64,000 bases of DNA from Zootoca vivipara (GCF_963506605.1 NC_083281.1:75144001-75208000); one strand, 5' to 3'. Shown: positions 33,901 to 49,279, numbered from the stretch's first letter. Notes: generated by a model not told the origin, from the letters alone. A program made the numbers and translations.

Positions 33901-35559
33901 ACTGTTCCGCAAGATCACTGGTTGCAAATGCTTTAATATGTTTTGGTTTTTTAGAATGGTTCCAAACAGTTTCCACTGTTGTTAGTTTTTAAGTGTTTTA
34001 TCATTGCCGTATCTGCCCCCCACTGCGCTCCTCCAAGAGGAAGAGTGGCGTATAAATGGAATAAATGCTAATAATTTCTGCCATGGATATTCGAAGGCTG
34101 AACTTCTGACTTCAGAGCAGCTATGCCAGCCAAAAAGTGCTGTAAAAGCAGGTTTCTTTTTCATTGTGCTTTTAGGGTGCTAGTTGTCCTGATTTGGCAC
34201 ACATGCTGTCTCCTGCTGTGTTTTGGGGTGTTTTCTTTTTGCTATGGATTGTGCTTTTAGTGTGTGTGTGTGTGTGTGTTGTTTTAAATTTTATTTTCTT
34301 GAAACCACCTGGTGACTGAGAAGTGGAGCATACCTTTGGGCTTGTAAACCTACAAATAAATAAACAAACTAGTGACTTTCTTTGCTCCTTTCAGGTGTGC
34401 TTAATAAATTGCCGTCTCCCCGGCCACAGCATGCATGCAGCGGGGAAGGCAACATGGGATGAGAGTCCAGCTCACAACATAACACTGCACTCTGAACATG
34501 CCCTGGAACAACCTCTTCTTTATGACATTACAAGGCATTAGAGGGAGAATTGTGGCTCAGTGACAGAGCACCTGCTTTGCATGTAGAAGGTCTCAGGTTT
34601 GATCCTTGGCATCTCCAGGTAGGGCTGGGAAAGACTCCCTGAGAAGCTGCTGCCAGCCAGTGTGGAAAACACTGAGGCCAATGGAACAGTGGCCCTACCT
34701 CTGGTCAGCGTCTTAAGGATGAACTTCCATTTTAAATTTAGCCCTGCTGCGTGGGAAAGGCAAGCAGATTGGCCAATTCGGAGTACTGCAGAAATGCAAA
34801 GATGTATTGGGAAATGACATTATCCTGTCCCGTCCCCCGTCCCCGAAATGCTGGTGATCATTTTCACGTGCTTGTAGATTGTAGCCAATGTTGGTACCTC
34901 TCAGAGTTACCCAACAGAAATGAATGGACTTGGCTAACTTGGGTCCATAATTTCCATGGAGAACTGAACTGGATATAACCCATAGCTCTCTTCTCATCCA
35001 CTTTACCCTCATAACAACCCTGTGAGGTAGGCTAGCCTGAACGAGGCAGAGAGTGAGAGCTGGGAGTTGACCCTGGCTGTGTGCTTCTCCTGCCGACAGC
35101 AACCATTGGGGAACGCTGGTTCTGTGCAAGCTGTCACGTATTTCCTGTTTCCTGCTATTTAACTTTAATTGTTGTGATTGTTTTATGCTTTGTGTACTGA
35201 GTTGCACTTAATTTTTTTTTTAATGTTTGCTTCATGTCATTTTACCTGCTGTTTCCTTGGGAAAAACCCAACAACCAGCTGCGCTGCTAAAAGCGCAATA
35301 GATACGTTGGGCAAAGGAATGCAACACATACAGGGATTAGGAGAGCTATAATTTTTTAATAATAATAATATTAATAATTTATATTTAAATTAATTTATTG
35401 CCGGCCACTCTGGGATTGTGGGACTGAAGGGTGGCAATGGAAAGTTTCAATAGAAATAAATGCAATTATTTTCTTGCCAAACCAGCCATTGAAAACACCA
35501 TAGATGCATTTGGCAAAGTTATTCATCACACAAACAGAATAAGGAGTGCATAAATATGT

Positions 35560-37027
<1,468 letters not shown>

Positions 37028-37342
37028 TAGGTGTGCTTACTCGAGAGTAAGCCTCACCATGTTCCATAGGAGCAACCCCCCCCCCATTTCCTCGATGTGC
37101 TGGGAGCACAGCAGTGAGGAACGACAGAGCAGCTGCTTTGCATGCAGAAGGTCCAGGGTTCATTCTTTCCCCCCTTCTCCCATATCTCTAGGTAGGGCTG
37201 AGAATGTACCCTGTCCAAAAGCCTGCCAGTCAGTGTAGGTAACACTAAGCTAGATAGACCAACGACGTGACTTTCAGTGCTTCTGTTAAAACCGGCCCCT
37301 TGATTAGAACCACAAGGATGGGCATCTTTGCTTTGTTTTTAG

Positions 37343-37543
37343 AGGACGGGCCACAGCTCAGAGATTGAGCATCTGCTTTCAGTGTAGGAGTTCCCCAGTT
37401 CAGTTCTTGGCATCTCCAGGCAGGGGTAGGGAGCTCTCTTATCTGAAACCTGGAGAGCTGCTGCCAGTCAGTGTAGGTAATAGAGCTAGATCAAACAACG
37501 GCCTGACTTGATATAAGGAAGCTTCCAGGGTTTCTATGTTCCT
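37343..37543 (+). mobile_element. tRNA-derived squamate SINE (related copies near 25337-25490, 34545-34700, 37105-37275, 63000-63155)
   Basis: Recurrent gctcag...gagcacctgctttgcatg...ggcatctccagg...ctgccagtcagtgtag body. Confidence 0.7.
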
Positions 37544-38511
37544 GTGGCCGTATCTGATTCTGAATTAGATAGGACCCCGGCTTAAAGCAACCCCCCAATA
37601 GATAAATACACTCTTAAACATGAGCCATCTTTTTCTCCATAACCTCCTTCTTGCACAACAGCTGGGGTGAAACTTGTTTGCACCATAGTTCTTATTATGC
37701 TTAAACTCAGAGACGACCTACTGAATTGAATCGATTTAAGTAGTCCGCTCATTTCAGTGGGTCCACGACTGACACTATACGCAATCTGTAATTGTTAATT
37801 CTTTCCTAATCCTGCACCCGTTCACCCCCTCGCTTTTTCTTTCCTCTGCACTAAGCCCATGCAAACCTTTCTGCTCTCCGTCTCCCTCCATCCCTCTGCA
37901 GACTTTTAGCTGTTCGCCCCATCCACATTTCCATCCCTGGGGTCCTCGACCTGGCAATTTAATCTTAAGAAACATGCTCAAGGCAGGCTGGATGTGTGCT
38001 TGTGTGTGTCAAAAGGATAGAAGCTTAAAAAAAATAAAAGGAGTGCCCGTTCCCAAAGATGGGGTGAGGTGAGGGTCAGGTGAGGAGGTGGGATTTAAAG
38101 CCCAATGCTTGCAACTCCTGTCCAGGAAGAGTTTCTGCTGCACTCTCTGCAGCAGTGCTGGGAAAGGGCCTTTGATCTGGGCTTCAATGGAGCCAAAGTG
38201 CTGAGTGAAAGATCACCCCTCCTCTCTGTGTGCAAGAAAAGGCCATGATGCACATACCTTTCTTATGCTCATTTTCTGAAGAACTGGTTTCCCCCAAGCT
38301 CCTCCTGCAGTGTCAATAATATGGAGCATAAGTCTGCATGTCTCCCATTCCCATGTGCTCCCATCTCTCACAGCCCCTATAAGACCCAGTGAAGGAAAAA
38401 TATCTGGAGTCAAATGAATTTGCCAAAATTGGAAGTTCTTCTTCTCCTGCTGGTGTCCTCAGTGTATGTTAGCATATGAGAGAGAGGGGGAGAGGGAGAG
38501 GGAGAGGGAGA

Positions 38512-38738
38512 GGAGGAGTTTGGATTTGATATCCCGCTTTATCACTACCTGAAGGAGTCTCAAAGCGGCTAACATTCTCCTTTCCCTTCCTCCCCCACAA
38601 CAAACACTCTGTGAAGTGAGCCAGTGTGGTTTAGTGGTTAAGAGCGGTAGACTCGTAATATGGGGAACCGGGTTCGCGTCTCCGCTCCTCCACATGCAGC
38701 TGCTGGGTGACCTTGGGCTAGTCACACTTCTTTGAAGT
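38512..38738 (-). mobile_element. Squam3-like tRNA SINE with an inverted 5' half
   Basis: Tail on the minus strand joined to the head on the plus strand; compare the colinear copy at 43799-44010. Confidence 0.8.
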
Positions 38739-39386
38739 GTGGAGAGAGAGAGAGAAATAGTTTGCCCAGATCAGTCACTGTCCTCTAGGCGCTTACAATC
38801 TAAAATGCAGGGCAAATTAGGCAGTGAGGGAAGGAAGGCTGTGGTGGTATGGTGAGGTACTTACAACTTTGGCTGCTGATGGTCAAGAACAACGTTTAAA
38901 ATGATCAAGAGACTTGTAGCACTTCAGTTTGTTTTGGTGCGCAGTGCTTATGCAAAAATAAATAGGTAAGCCTTTCGGGTGCCACAGGTCTATTCCGTTG
39001 TTTTTGCTGGAACAGCATGACTGTCTGGAAATACAATAATATAGAGGTGTGAGGTTATAGACTGGGCCATTATCCTTTGGGGGGGGTGTTGGACCCCACT
39101 CCAACAAGGTGGGCCCGCTGCACAGAAGCCATGACACCCCTTTCACCCATGTGCAGGTCCCTAGCGGGTTCCACTTGAGATTCTTATTGAAGTAAAGCTA
39201 GTAGGACTTGGAGTTGCACAGCACTCTGCTCCAGGTGGTGAGTTGGGAAATGTATGCTTGAAAGGCTGGACCCCTGCCTCCTCTTGAATCCTTAGATCCA
39301 GTTCACTTCTGTCAAATTATTTGGCGGAGAGAGGAAGTGGGTTGGAGGTACCAGCGTTCAAATTTACAAGATTTTAGAGAGGTGGG

Positions 39387-39432
39387 TCACGAAGAGTCAG
39401 ACACGACTAAATGACTAAACAACAACAGCAAC
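39387..39432 (+). mobile_element. Bov-B LINE 3' tip in the CAMK2N1 intron
   Basis: TSD agagaggtggg at 39376 and 39433. Confidence 0.85.
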
Positions 39433-40421
39433 AGAGAGGTGGGGGCAGCGGAGGAAGGAAAATAGTGCCCCAGTAGACAGAGGTCATCAAAAGACCCTTT
39501 CCATGTACAGCTGTCTGTTTCGACTCGCTTACATTTTCCCTTGAGACTGGAGGGTCTCACCCAACATAATTAGGGCTTAATTATAATGAGTTGAAGGGTG
39601 TGTGTGTGTGGTCTCTTTGTGCTTCTGATTCTGGAGTTAATTTTAGGATAGTCATGGCACTAGCCAACCTGGAACTTCATTTGCATGTTTTTTTGGGGGG
39701 GGGGTCAGTGCATTTTTGTTTTGCTTACAAAGAAGAATCTTAATTTGATACTCTATATATCACCTTTGAGGTTGTAGATTTTGTGACCTTTGAAAGAGCA
39801 GATTCTCAGCGATAAACTTTGCAGGCACTCCTCTGGAAAGAAAAGCACATATTTGGACTGAAATCATATTTTCAGATAAGAGAGTGTGTGTGTGTTTGTA
39901 CACCCTACAGTCATGGGGAGGGTGACAGCAGATTTTCTGAGTCACAAATAAAAAACGTTTTGTGACTGCAACTCTAATTTCACTCACTAGGTAATGATCC
40001 CCTATTGAACATAGTGTGACTGGAGATTTTACTATTATTATTATTATTATTTTGCGGGGAAGAGGGATTAAAAATAATTGCAAATGATAAATGATGATTT
40101 TCAAGGTGAGTAAATGGATGTAAATACACACACTTTCACTCCCACTAATGCCCTATGGGACAAATCCACCAGGTAATTCTCCTTTACAAGACCTGGGATA
40201 AATGGTTAGTCTGATCCAGAGCTCATTCCTTTGGAATGTCAGCTACAGAACTTCAGTTCTCTGGTTCGCATTTGTCCCTTTCTCATTTTATCTCCCATTT
40301 TAAAGCCCCACCCCACTCCGTGCCTTCTCACTATAGGGTGATGTCAGCAATTAAAATCTAAATAATGGAAGCTTCATAGGATCTTAAATGCTCTGCTTTC
40401 TTTTCTTTTTTCTGCTTACAG

Positions 40422-40492
40422 TTGTCATTGAAGACGACAGAATTGACGATGTCCTCAAAAACATTTCAGAGAAACCACCTCCGGGAGTTTAA
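40422..40492 (+). CDS. CAMK2N1: CAMK2N1 exon 2 coding part (VVIEDDRIDDVLKNISEKPPPGV*)
   Basis: Long pyrimidine tract plus ttacag acceptor; TAA 40490-40492; total CDS 240 nt, 79 aa. Confidence 0.96.
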
Positions 40493-41980
40493 ATCTTTCC
40501 ACAGAGACACTGAGTGAAAAGGAGGGGGAAAGAAAATGATTGACCTTTTATTATTGGGTTAAAAACAAAACAAAAAAAGGCAAGGAAACTAATAGCACTT
40601 TGAAGTTATTCCTTGCTATCCTGTGACCCATCTTGCGAAATCCTTAGGAGCAGGCTCAGAGGCAGACGATGTGAGATGAGGAAAGCAGTTTTACTCATGT
40701 GTGAAAAGATAAAATAAATAAATCCAAGCCCAACTAGATTCCAGGAACTGCAAAATGCAAACCGTACAAATTGAAATGTACGAAGAAGAGCTCAGTTGTC
40801 TAAATTAAGACTGATGCCCCCCCTTTTTCCCTCTGGATGATGGGTAGTTGGGAATTTGGATTTTAAAAAGTCCCTTAAACATACAGAACAGAAAAAGGCA
40901 GGGAATCTAGCAGTGTTTTCTTGGAAACCTTGGGAAGTGTCACTGTTTATACTTGTTCTGAACAAGCACTTGTTTACATGGTAAAATCTTGCAAAAACAA
41001 TTCCATACATTTCCATACAATATGTTCTCCATCTCCATTTTTTTATAAAAGAAAATGTCTGTATTCATGAATGTGGGTGGGGAAAGGGAGGGGGAAATAA
41101 TGATATATAGTTATAATTATAAACATCTATATCTATATCTATATTTAATTCTAGCTACCTTTTAAAGTTTCAACGGAATGTACGGAACCAAAACTTTTTT
41201 CTAAGGAAGGGATTCTACAGGGAAGAAATTCTCTCAGTATTATTATTTTCTGAAAACAGATTGCAAATCTGGTATTTCACTGTTGCAGGAGGCAATTGTT
41301 CTTAAGGAAATAGAGAAATTTAATTTTATATGTGAAATGGGGGCTGAAAAAACAAAAGATGTGCATCGCTTTTTCTAATGACCACAAGCAAGCAACTGCT
41401 TTCTTTCTTTTCTTTTCTTTTTAAAAATGGTGACTTTATTCTCTGTCACAGAGTATGATTAAAAAAAAACCCCACATAGACAACACCCCACCCTGCAAAA
41501 ATCCCCACTCGAACCACAATACAGTGAGAAGTGTGCCAAATATTTTGAAATGCCAAAAGGCATTATTCTTTTTCCCTTTTCCCATTTTTGTGATTTTGAG
41601 TCCACGTAAAGTTGCATTTTTGTACCTGAATAATCCTCTTCTTTATAAAGGCTCTTTACTGACTCTTTACGTGACATACACACAATACCTATGGGAAGGT
41701 GACTTTCGGAGTCTCCTCCATTTTCTCCTTTCTTCCTTTCTGGTTCTCCTGATTGTACTTCAATTTTACTTACGGTATTTTTGCATGACCTGCAAAACAA
41801 GAGGGGAAATGCCTCTTCAAGTGAGGAAATATTTTTTTGCCGTTCTCTTCGCATAAACTCTGGAATGACCTTTCAATGGGTAGTCTTGTTTCCTTTACTT
41901 ATAAATATCGTGTATGTTGCACTCCTTTGCACAGGGCTATTTCTGAAATGTATAATAAAAAAATGAATGAAAAAAAGAGA
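40493..41980 (+). other. CAMK2N1: CAMK2N1 3' UTR (AU-rich, repeat-free) with polyA signal AATAAA 41954-41959
   Basis: About 1.5 kb without transposons, ending at AATAAA followed by a GT/T-rich stretch. Confidence 0.65.
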
Positions 41981-42070
41981 AAGAAAACAGAGTTCTTGTG
42001 TTCTCGTTTCATTTTATCCTTTTAACCTGCAAGGTAAAACAAGCTGAAAGATAGTGGCTAGATCAGCCTT

Positions 42071-42421
42071 GTTGTTTAGTCGTTTAGTCGTGTCCGACTC
42101 TTTGTGACCCCATGGACCAGAGCACGCCAGGCACTCCTGTCTTGCACTGCCTCCCGCAGTTTGGTCAGACTCATGTTTGTAGCTTCGAGAACACTGTCCA
42201 ACCATCTTGTCCTCTGTCGTCCCCTTCTCCTAGTGCCCTCCATCTTTCCCAACATCAGGGTCTTTTCCAGGGAGTCTTCTCATGAGGTGGCCAAAGTATT
42301 GGAGCCTCAGCTTCAGGACCTGTCCTTCCAGTGAACACTCAGGGCTGATTTCCTTCAGAATGGAGAGGTTTGATCTTCTTGCAGTCCATGGGACTCTCAA
42401 GAGTCTCCTCCAGCACCATAA
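42071..42421 (-). mobile_element. Bov-B LINE 3' fragment
   Basis: Reverse complement of the same tail; TSD tcagcctt at 42063 and 42428. Confidence 0.92.
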
Positions 42422-43798
42422 TCCAATTCAGCCTTAGTAAGCAAATTTAATGGTTGGGCAAGGATTTGAATTCCATAGCCCAAATCTCCCTGTTTAAACA
42501 CTGCATTAGTGCTAGTTGGTTCCCCCCCCCTTTTACATTTTCTGACTTCCATGACAAAAGTCCATATTGATTGATCTGCCAAGAAACTGAATAACTCCTT
42601 TCTTGATTGAAACCCAGTACCATCTGATCTTCTGCATGTGAAAACAGGAACATGCTTGTAAGAGTCCTGGCCTCATCCCAAAAATTACTTCTGCCATCAC
42701 ACATTACTTAAGGCAGGGATGGGCAGAAAGTAGAGTGGGATCTACTGGTAGAAGATCAGCAAAGGTATTTGACTCAGAACTGTTTTAAAAACATCAACAT
42801 CAGAAAGACCACCCCCCCACACCCCATGGCCAAAAAAAACCCAGGAGTAGATTTGCCCGTGAAACAATTTGTGTGGAAGTGCCAGTTATGTTACTGCAAA
42901 CAAACTGAGCTTGTTCTCAGAGGCCTCTTAGGGTCTCCCAGATTTCCTTTTTTATTGCATATCCGTGATAATTTGCGCTCACAATGCTATCAGGCTGTTC
43001 ATAAGCAACCTCCCTTTCAATACTGATTTGTGCCTGCAAAAGCTTTGGGGCAACCACCTGGCTGAATTTCCATTCAGTGCATATGCTGTAACTTCCCACC
43101 CTACAAATATTCTGTTCCGTTTTGGTTTTGTCCTTCCTTTGCTGCACTACAGCCCCTCTGGACAGAAATAATGTGGCATCGCTTGGCAAGCATCATAGAA
43201 CATTGAACAAAGCATGATTTCTCCACCCACCAATGCACTATTATTGGATCAAGAACGTGTTGCAGGAGACACCAACTTGAGAAGGGGGCATATTCTGCAA
43301 TTCTACACCTGTGTTTTTGAGCCATTCTTTTGCATCGTACCCTGATTGGCGCACCAAGATCCCATGAGCGTAAAGTCAGTCCACTAGGAGCAGAGAACCT
43401 GTGGCCCTCCAGATATCACTATGATGTCCAGCTCTCTTGAGGCTCAAGTTACCAGCATGAGCAAAAGGATGATGGAATTGTAGTCTATCAACATCTAGAG
43501 AGTAGCAGATGTTCTCAATTCCTGACCCAAGGTCCACCCTGTCTGCTATATTCATGCAACAGGCAGCTCTCTGCTGATTTCAGAGCAAAGCCTTGTTTAT
43601 CTTTTTTGTTAAATGCATGCTTGGAGTGGGGAATTCCCCTGCCTTGCTATTGACCATTAGGCACCATTTAATATCCTTCCATCAAGTGTAATGTGAGACG
43701 TGGTGGGAGTTAGGTTCTGGTGGATTCCCTGCTCACTCCACCAGTCCCAGCATGGCTGGGCTATGACAGCATAAGCCCCGCATCTCAACTCAGTCTGG

Positions 43799-44010
43799 AG
43801 AGCCAGTGTGGTGTAGTGGTTAAGAGCGGTAGACTTGTAATCTGGGGAACCTGGTTCGCGTCTCCACATGCAGCTGCTGGGTGACCTTGGGCTAGTCACA
43901 CTTCTCTGAAGTCTCTCAGCCCCACTCACCTCACAGTTTGTTTGTTGTGGGGGAGGAAGGGAAAGGAGAATGTTAGCCACTTTGAGACTCCTTCGGGTAG
44001 TGATAAATGG
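43799..44010 (+). mobile_element. Squam3-like tRNA SINE running into an N gap
   Basis: agccagtgtggtgtagtggttaagagc head and a MIR/CORE-like body. Confidence 0.8.
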
Positions 44011-44183
44011 NNNNNNNNNNNNNNNNNNNNNNNNNNNNNNNNNNNNNNNNNNNNNNNNNNNNNNNNNNNNNNNNNNNNNNNNNNNNNNNNNNNNNNNNNN
44101 NNNNNNNNNNNNNNNNNNNNNNNNNNNNNNNNNNNNNNNNNNNNNNNNNNNNNNNNNNNNNNNNNNNNNNNNNNNNNNNNNNN
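44011..44183. other. Assembly gap (173 N)
   Basis: N run. Confidence 1.
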
Positions 44184-46064
44184 ATAAATTCCTCACCCTG
44201 GCTCATCTGGCTGAGCTGGGATTGTTGAATCTTATACCAGTGTAAGCCCTGAAAAGTGGGCATTCTGGAGGAGGGACTGGGCAGAGGGGACTTACGTTGG
44301 ATCCTAACTCTGTTCAGTCATGTGACCTGACGACCTGGCAGAACTAATGCTAGCAAAAAAGGATAGTGTTAGTCAAACTCTATTTAAATGTTTGTTTTTC
44401 CCTCTGCCAGGCCCAGATGGGCTCAGGCCAAGTGGCAGAAGCTTGGAACTGGGGTGCTTTATGCCAGTTTAATTTAAACCGGTGTGAATCCCTCTGGCTT
44501 CCTATATTTAGGATTGCTCTGCTTGTAGACAAGCATGGGCATTGAAATACGTGTGCTCTAGATGGCAGGAAACAAAACATCTAGTAGGGAACCCTGAGGT
44601 AGTAAAGTTTAGCTGTTGAACCCTGAAGGATAACACAACAACTGTTCAGACTTTAGCAAGACATCTTAAAGAGGAAAAAATAAACAGGAAACTGGGACTT
44701 GGCCTTGAGAGTCTGGGACTAGGTCTTTCCACTTAGCCATTGCCAAGAACCGGGAAATGTATCACCTGAAAAAGAGATCAGGAAATGCCACAGTTTTGCA
44801 TAAAATGGGCCTATGCTGATTTATATGTGTAGATGCAAAATTAGAATGCCTTTAAATAGCAAGTCATGTCAACCTAGTGGAAAAGTTGGTGGCTTGGTTA
44901 GCTGTGTGTCAGCTCAGTCCAAGTGCTTAACTGTTGATGGGCAATATCAAGCCCCACCCATCAGTCTCACTAGACCCTGCTTTGCGCCCTCCATTGATTT
45001 TGCAAGGCTGGATTGTGCCCTTGGACACTGATAATGCCTCTTGCTTGTTCAGATAGAGGATAGAGAGGCAGTGTGGAGAAACCAGCCATCTGAAAATTTA
45101 CATTCATTGCTCCACCCACTTTTGATTCTGGCCCCACCCACCCCAGACATCCGGCCCTCCAGAGGTTGCCAAGAAAGGGATGTAGCCGGCCATCTGAAAA
45201 AGGTTTCCCACCCTTGCCTGAATCAATTGCTAAAGGCAAATCAATTAAGATGCTGCTTCGCGTTTCCAAGAATTTAGATACAGCCTTACTTTACTTGGTG
45301 GGTATAACTGGATCTAGCACTTCCCCAGTTGGCAACTTTGTGGATCTCTCTCCATCTCTCTCCATCCCTCTAAAAGGCATCTCAGCTGCTGCATGTCAAC
45401 AGATTGTAGCCTAAAATGGGCCCGCTGTAAAGCAAGCAGAAGCAAGACTCAGGGTGACACCTTACTCCACAAATACAGTAAGGAAAGAAAACCTAAGGGG
45501 CAAGTTTTCAAAGGTTGCTGAGCAGCCTCAAAATGCTGACTGAAAACTGGAAATCAATAATGGGTAGGAATGGAAATGGAAAGCAGGAGACGGAATGGAG
45601 TATCCTGGCAGAGGGCACGAGGAAAGCTCCTGTTAGGAGAGAAGGATAGACTGGAACATTTGGCTGCAGGTCCTACTTGTTCAGTTGGGGGCAAAACCAC
45701 AAGCTGAGCCTCCCTCTATAGAGCTTGGCTATTGGGTTCTGGAACTGCAGCCCTTGCCTTGAAAATCTCGGATTGTGCAGACGAGGGAGGGAGCATACGA
45801 GGAGACAAAGTGTACGTGGGGCACACGGCGTTTGAGCAAGATCCCAGATGGACACGTGATGTGCCCTGCTCCAAGGGAAGGGACATTAAGCATGAGCTCT
45901 GTGTTAATTGCAGGGATTAAAAAGCCACGGCGAGCCTCATCGGGCTTGCAGGGAGAGCGTAAAAAGAGGCAGTAACGAGCATGCCGTGTGATCCCCCTGG
46001 CTTCAGAGCGCCAAAGGAAGGAAAACTAGCAAGAGAATGCTGTTAGAAAATGCACAAAAGGAAA

Positions 46065-46098
<34 letters not shown>

Positions 46099-46775
46099 AG
46101 CTGGAGGGAGACGGTGTGGTCATCTAGTCTTGCCTCAAATGAATACCATATTCACACCTCAGAAACTGCTTTTGCGTCCGGTTGTATTCAGCGGCTTATA
46201 GTTTATGCACAGGCCGTGAAACCCTCCTCTCCTTCCCACCAGGTTTCTCTCAGCAGCCAGCATTGAGAGGCCTCCTGTCTCGGAGCGCACAAATATCTTT
46301 CGCCATCATTGCTCATGCAGTTAACCACATGTGCACCAGGGACAAGGTGCATGGGATGCATAGTGGGTATCTGGAGATATAGGGTGAAGAGGAAAGGAAT
46401 CCCAAGGCTGTGCATGTGCACACCATACATTTAGAGCACATGACATCACATCACCCCCAGAATCCTCGGAACTGTAGAGCCAATGTGGTTTGGTGGCTAG
46501 AGTGTCAGACTAGGAGCTGGGAGACCAGGGTTCAAATCCCCACTTGCCCGTGAAGCTCAGTTGCAGGGGTTGTTTTTGGCACTCAGTCACTGCCTCTCAT
46601 TTCCCTCACAGGGTTGTTGCAAGCAGAACATGGGGGGAAGGAGAGCCATGGGACTAGGGTTCAAATCCCCACTTGGCCATGAAGCTCACAGTGATTTTGG
46701 GAGCCAGTCACCGCATTGTGCCTAACCAACCTCACAGGGTTGCTGTGAGGATTAAATGAGGAGGGGGAGAGACGT

Positions 46776-47170
46776 TTTCGCCTGGTGTTTAATGAAGGCG
46801 CCAGCTAAACATCCCTGGGGAGAGCTTTCCACAAATGGGGAGCCACTGCAGAAAAGGCCCGTTCTTATGTTGCCACCCTCCGGACCTCTTGTGGAGAGGG
46901 CACACAAAGAAGGGCCACAGGTGATGATCTGAGGTAGGTTCATATGGAGAGAGGTGGTCCTTGAGGTACTGTGGACCTGAGCTGTTTAAGGCTTTAAAGC
47001 TCAGAACCAGCACTTTGAATTGGGCCCAGAAACTAATTGGCAGCCAGTGCAGTTAGGCCAGGATTGGTGTAATATGCTCAAACTGTCTTTCCCTGGTGAG
47101 CAACCTGGCCCCTGAATTCTGCACTCTTGAGAGGCAGCCCTATGTATAATGCATTGCAGTAATCTAACCT
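46776..47170 (-). mobile_element. L2 LINE fragment
   Basis: LVLSFKALNSSGPQYLKDHL on the minus strand. Confidence 0.85.
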
Positions 47171-47719
47171 AGATTCCATTCATCTGCAGGAGGTGAGGCA
47201 AGCCCCCAGTCTCCATGCAGACATCCATTGCTGAATGCATGCAATTAGGAGATGCAAACAAAGCTTCCTCCCCCTTCTCCATACCTCCCCATGTACCAGC
47301 ATCAGAGCAGAAAGAACTGACAGGAGAACCGTGTCCTTTGCCATGACTCTGATGCTCTGCCAGAGCCAAAATGTTACTATCTGACTCTTCCTCTGGCTGA
47401 AAAATGAGGCTTTTGGCAAACGACGGTTACATTGCACAGGGGTTGACAGCCAGCTGGCCAGGCAGGGCAAAAGAACCATCATTTAATTTCTGCCAGGGAT
47501 GCGTGGATCTATCCATTTCATTTTCTTTCACTTTCTCATTTTTCCAATCCTACATTCAGTTCTCAACATTTCCTCATGTGTTTGAATGTCCCACAGGAAA
47601 ATTCACCAGCATTTCTGGGCCAGCTTCTCCCAATATATACACAATTGGCAAAGCAACTTCCCTTACCACAATGTTTAGTTTTAGTTTTTTGTATTTTGTT
47701 TTCACTAATACATGTATTA

Positions 47720-48102
47720 GGGGACGCGGGTGGCGTAGTGGTCTAAACCACTGAGCCTCTTGGGCTTGCCGATCAGAAGGGCGGCGGTTCAATTCCCCGC
47801 GACGGAGTGAGCTCCCATTGCTTGGTCCCAGCTCCTGCCAACCTAGCAGTTCGAAAGCACACCAGTGCAGGTAGATAAATAGGTACCGCTCCGGTGGGAA
47901 GGTAAACGGCGTTTCTGTGCACTGCCCTGGTTTCAGTGTTCCATTGCACCAGAAGCGGCTTAGTCATGATGGCCAGATGACCCGGAAAAACTGTCTGCAG
48001 ACAAACGCTGGCTCCCTCAGCCTGTAAAGCGAGATGAGCACCGCAACCCCAGAGTCATCTGCGACTGGACTTAAACTGTCAGGGGTCCTTTACCTTTACC
48101 TT
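47720..48102 (+). mobile_element. Sauria SINE, full length
   Basis: tRNA-like head gggacgcgggtggcg, (ACCTTT)n tail, 14-bp TSD taatacatgtatta. Confidence 0.9.
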
Positions 48103-49276
48103 TAATACATGTATTAATATGCACACTTTCCTCTACCATATGCATTTGTGTAGAGTGACCTTACTTGGCTGGAGAAACTGCACTGCAATTTAGAAAAGTG
48201 CAAATTCAGAAGGGTGGCTGTGTCTTGGTTTGTGTACTCTCTCAGAAAGGGTGCATTTCACAGGTCCACCTTTAAATGCAAATGGAATCAAATTTCTTTT
48301 GGAATAAGCAGCAGCCTTTAATTAACACTCCCTGTCTTTAGAAAAGGAAGCCACAAAAGGGTTAAGTGGCTTTTCTGAGCTAATCTGAGCTTTTCTATCC
48401 CATTTCCTCTTTCCTTCCTCTATAACCAGTAATGGCTGATGATTGTAAGTAAATATGCAGTTTACACTTTACAGCTGTGTCTGTGTTTCTTGGAATGAGA
48501 TCAAAACCTGCTCTGCAACCATTTCTCCCCCCCCCCCCGGCATCCCTAATTACCACCTAAAAAACAAAAAAACGAACCATTGCACAGAGATGTAAGGTTA
48601 GCTACCAGTATTCTGAAATGCTACAAATCAAAATTTCTGCCTGAGTCTAGAATGACTTGATTGTAAAATGGAACCATTGGATTAGGAATTTGGCAGCAGA
48701 GCAAGTAGTGGCTGCTGGGGCTGTTCTGCTGGTGAGCAGTTTGCTCCTTGGAGGCTGGATCTGCCACCCGAGGCAGCTGCCTCACCTCGCCTCATGGGCA
48801 GACTGTCCCTGGTCCCAGTTGTATAGTGTTCCACCTTCGTTGAAAGGTGCCTTTTCAGTTAAAGGGGCCCAGGCCATCCCAGCAGTCCTTTACTCCGGGA
48901 GACTCTGGTTGTACTGGGGCTTCTGAGCCAGAGGAGGGTGAGGCAACGTCCTCAAGCAGGATGGGCACTTGTGCCATGGGCTCCTGTTTCTCCAGGACGT
49001 TCAGAGTCCTCAACCTTGTCCCCAGAAGAAGGCGTATCCAACGCCCGGGAACATGACAGTCACATGGGCGTGCACAAGTTTAACCTGCCCACATTGCTGC
49101 CTGAGCAAAGGAGAGAGGGCCTGCCCCAATTCCAAGAACAGAAGCTGACTGGCAACAGCAGTACAGCACCAAAACCTCCATCACAGCTGAGGGCAACAAG
49201 ATAGTTGGGTATGTGGGGTATACGCAGCTCTTCCCCTTAACAGAAGGGAATGGTTAGGGGGCCCAGGAGAACCAAC

Positions 49277-49279
<3 letters not shown>

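Noticed and set aside
43657-44263. ORFs spanning N runs (also 57082-57639)
   Set aside because: Artefacts of assembly gaps.
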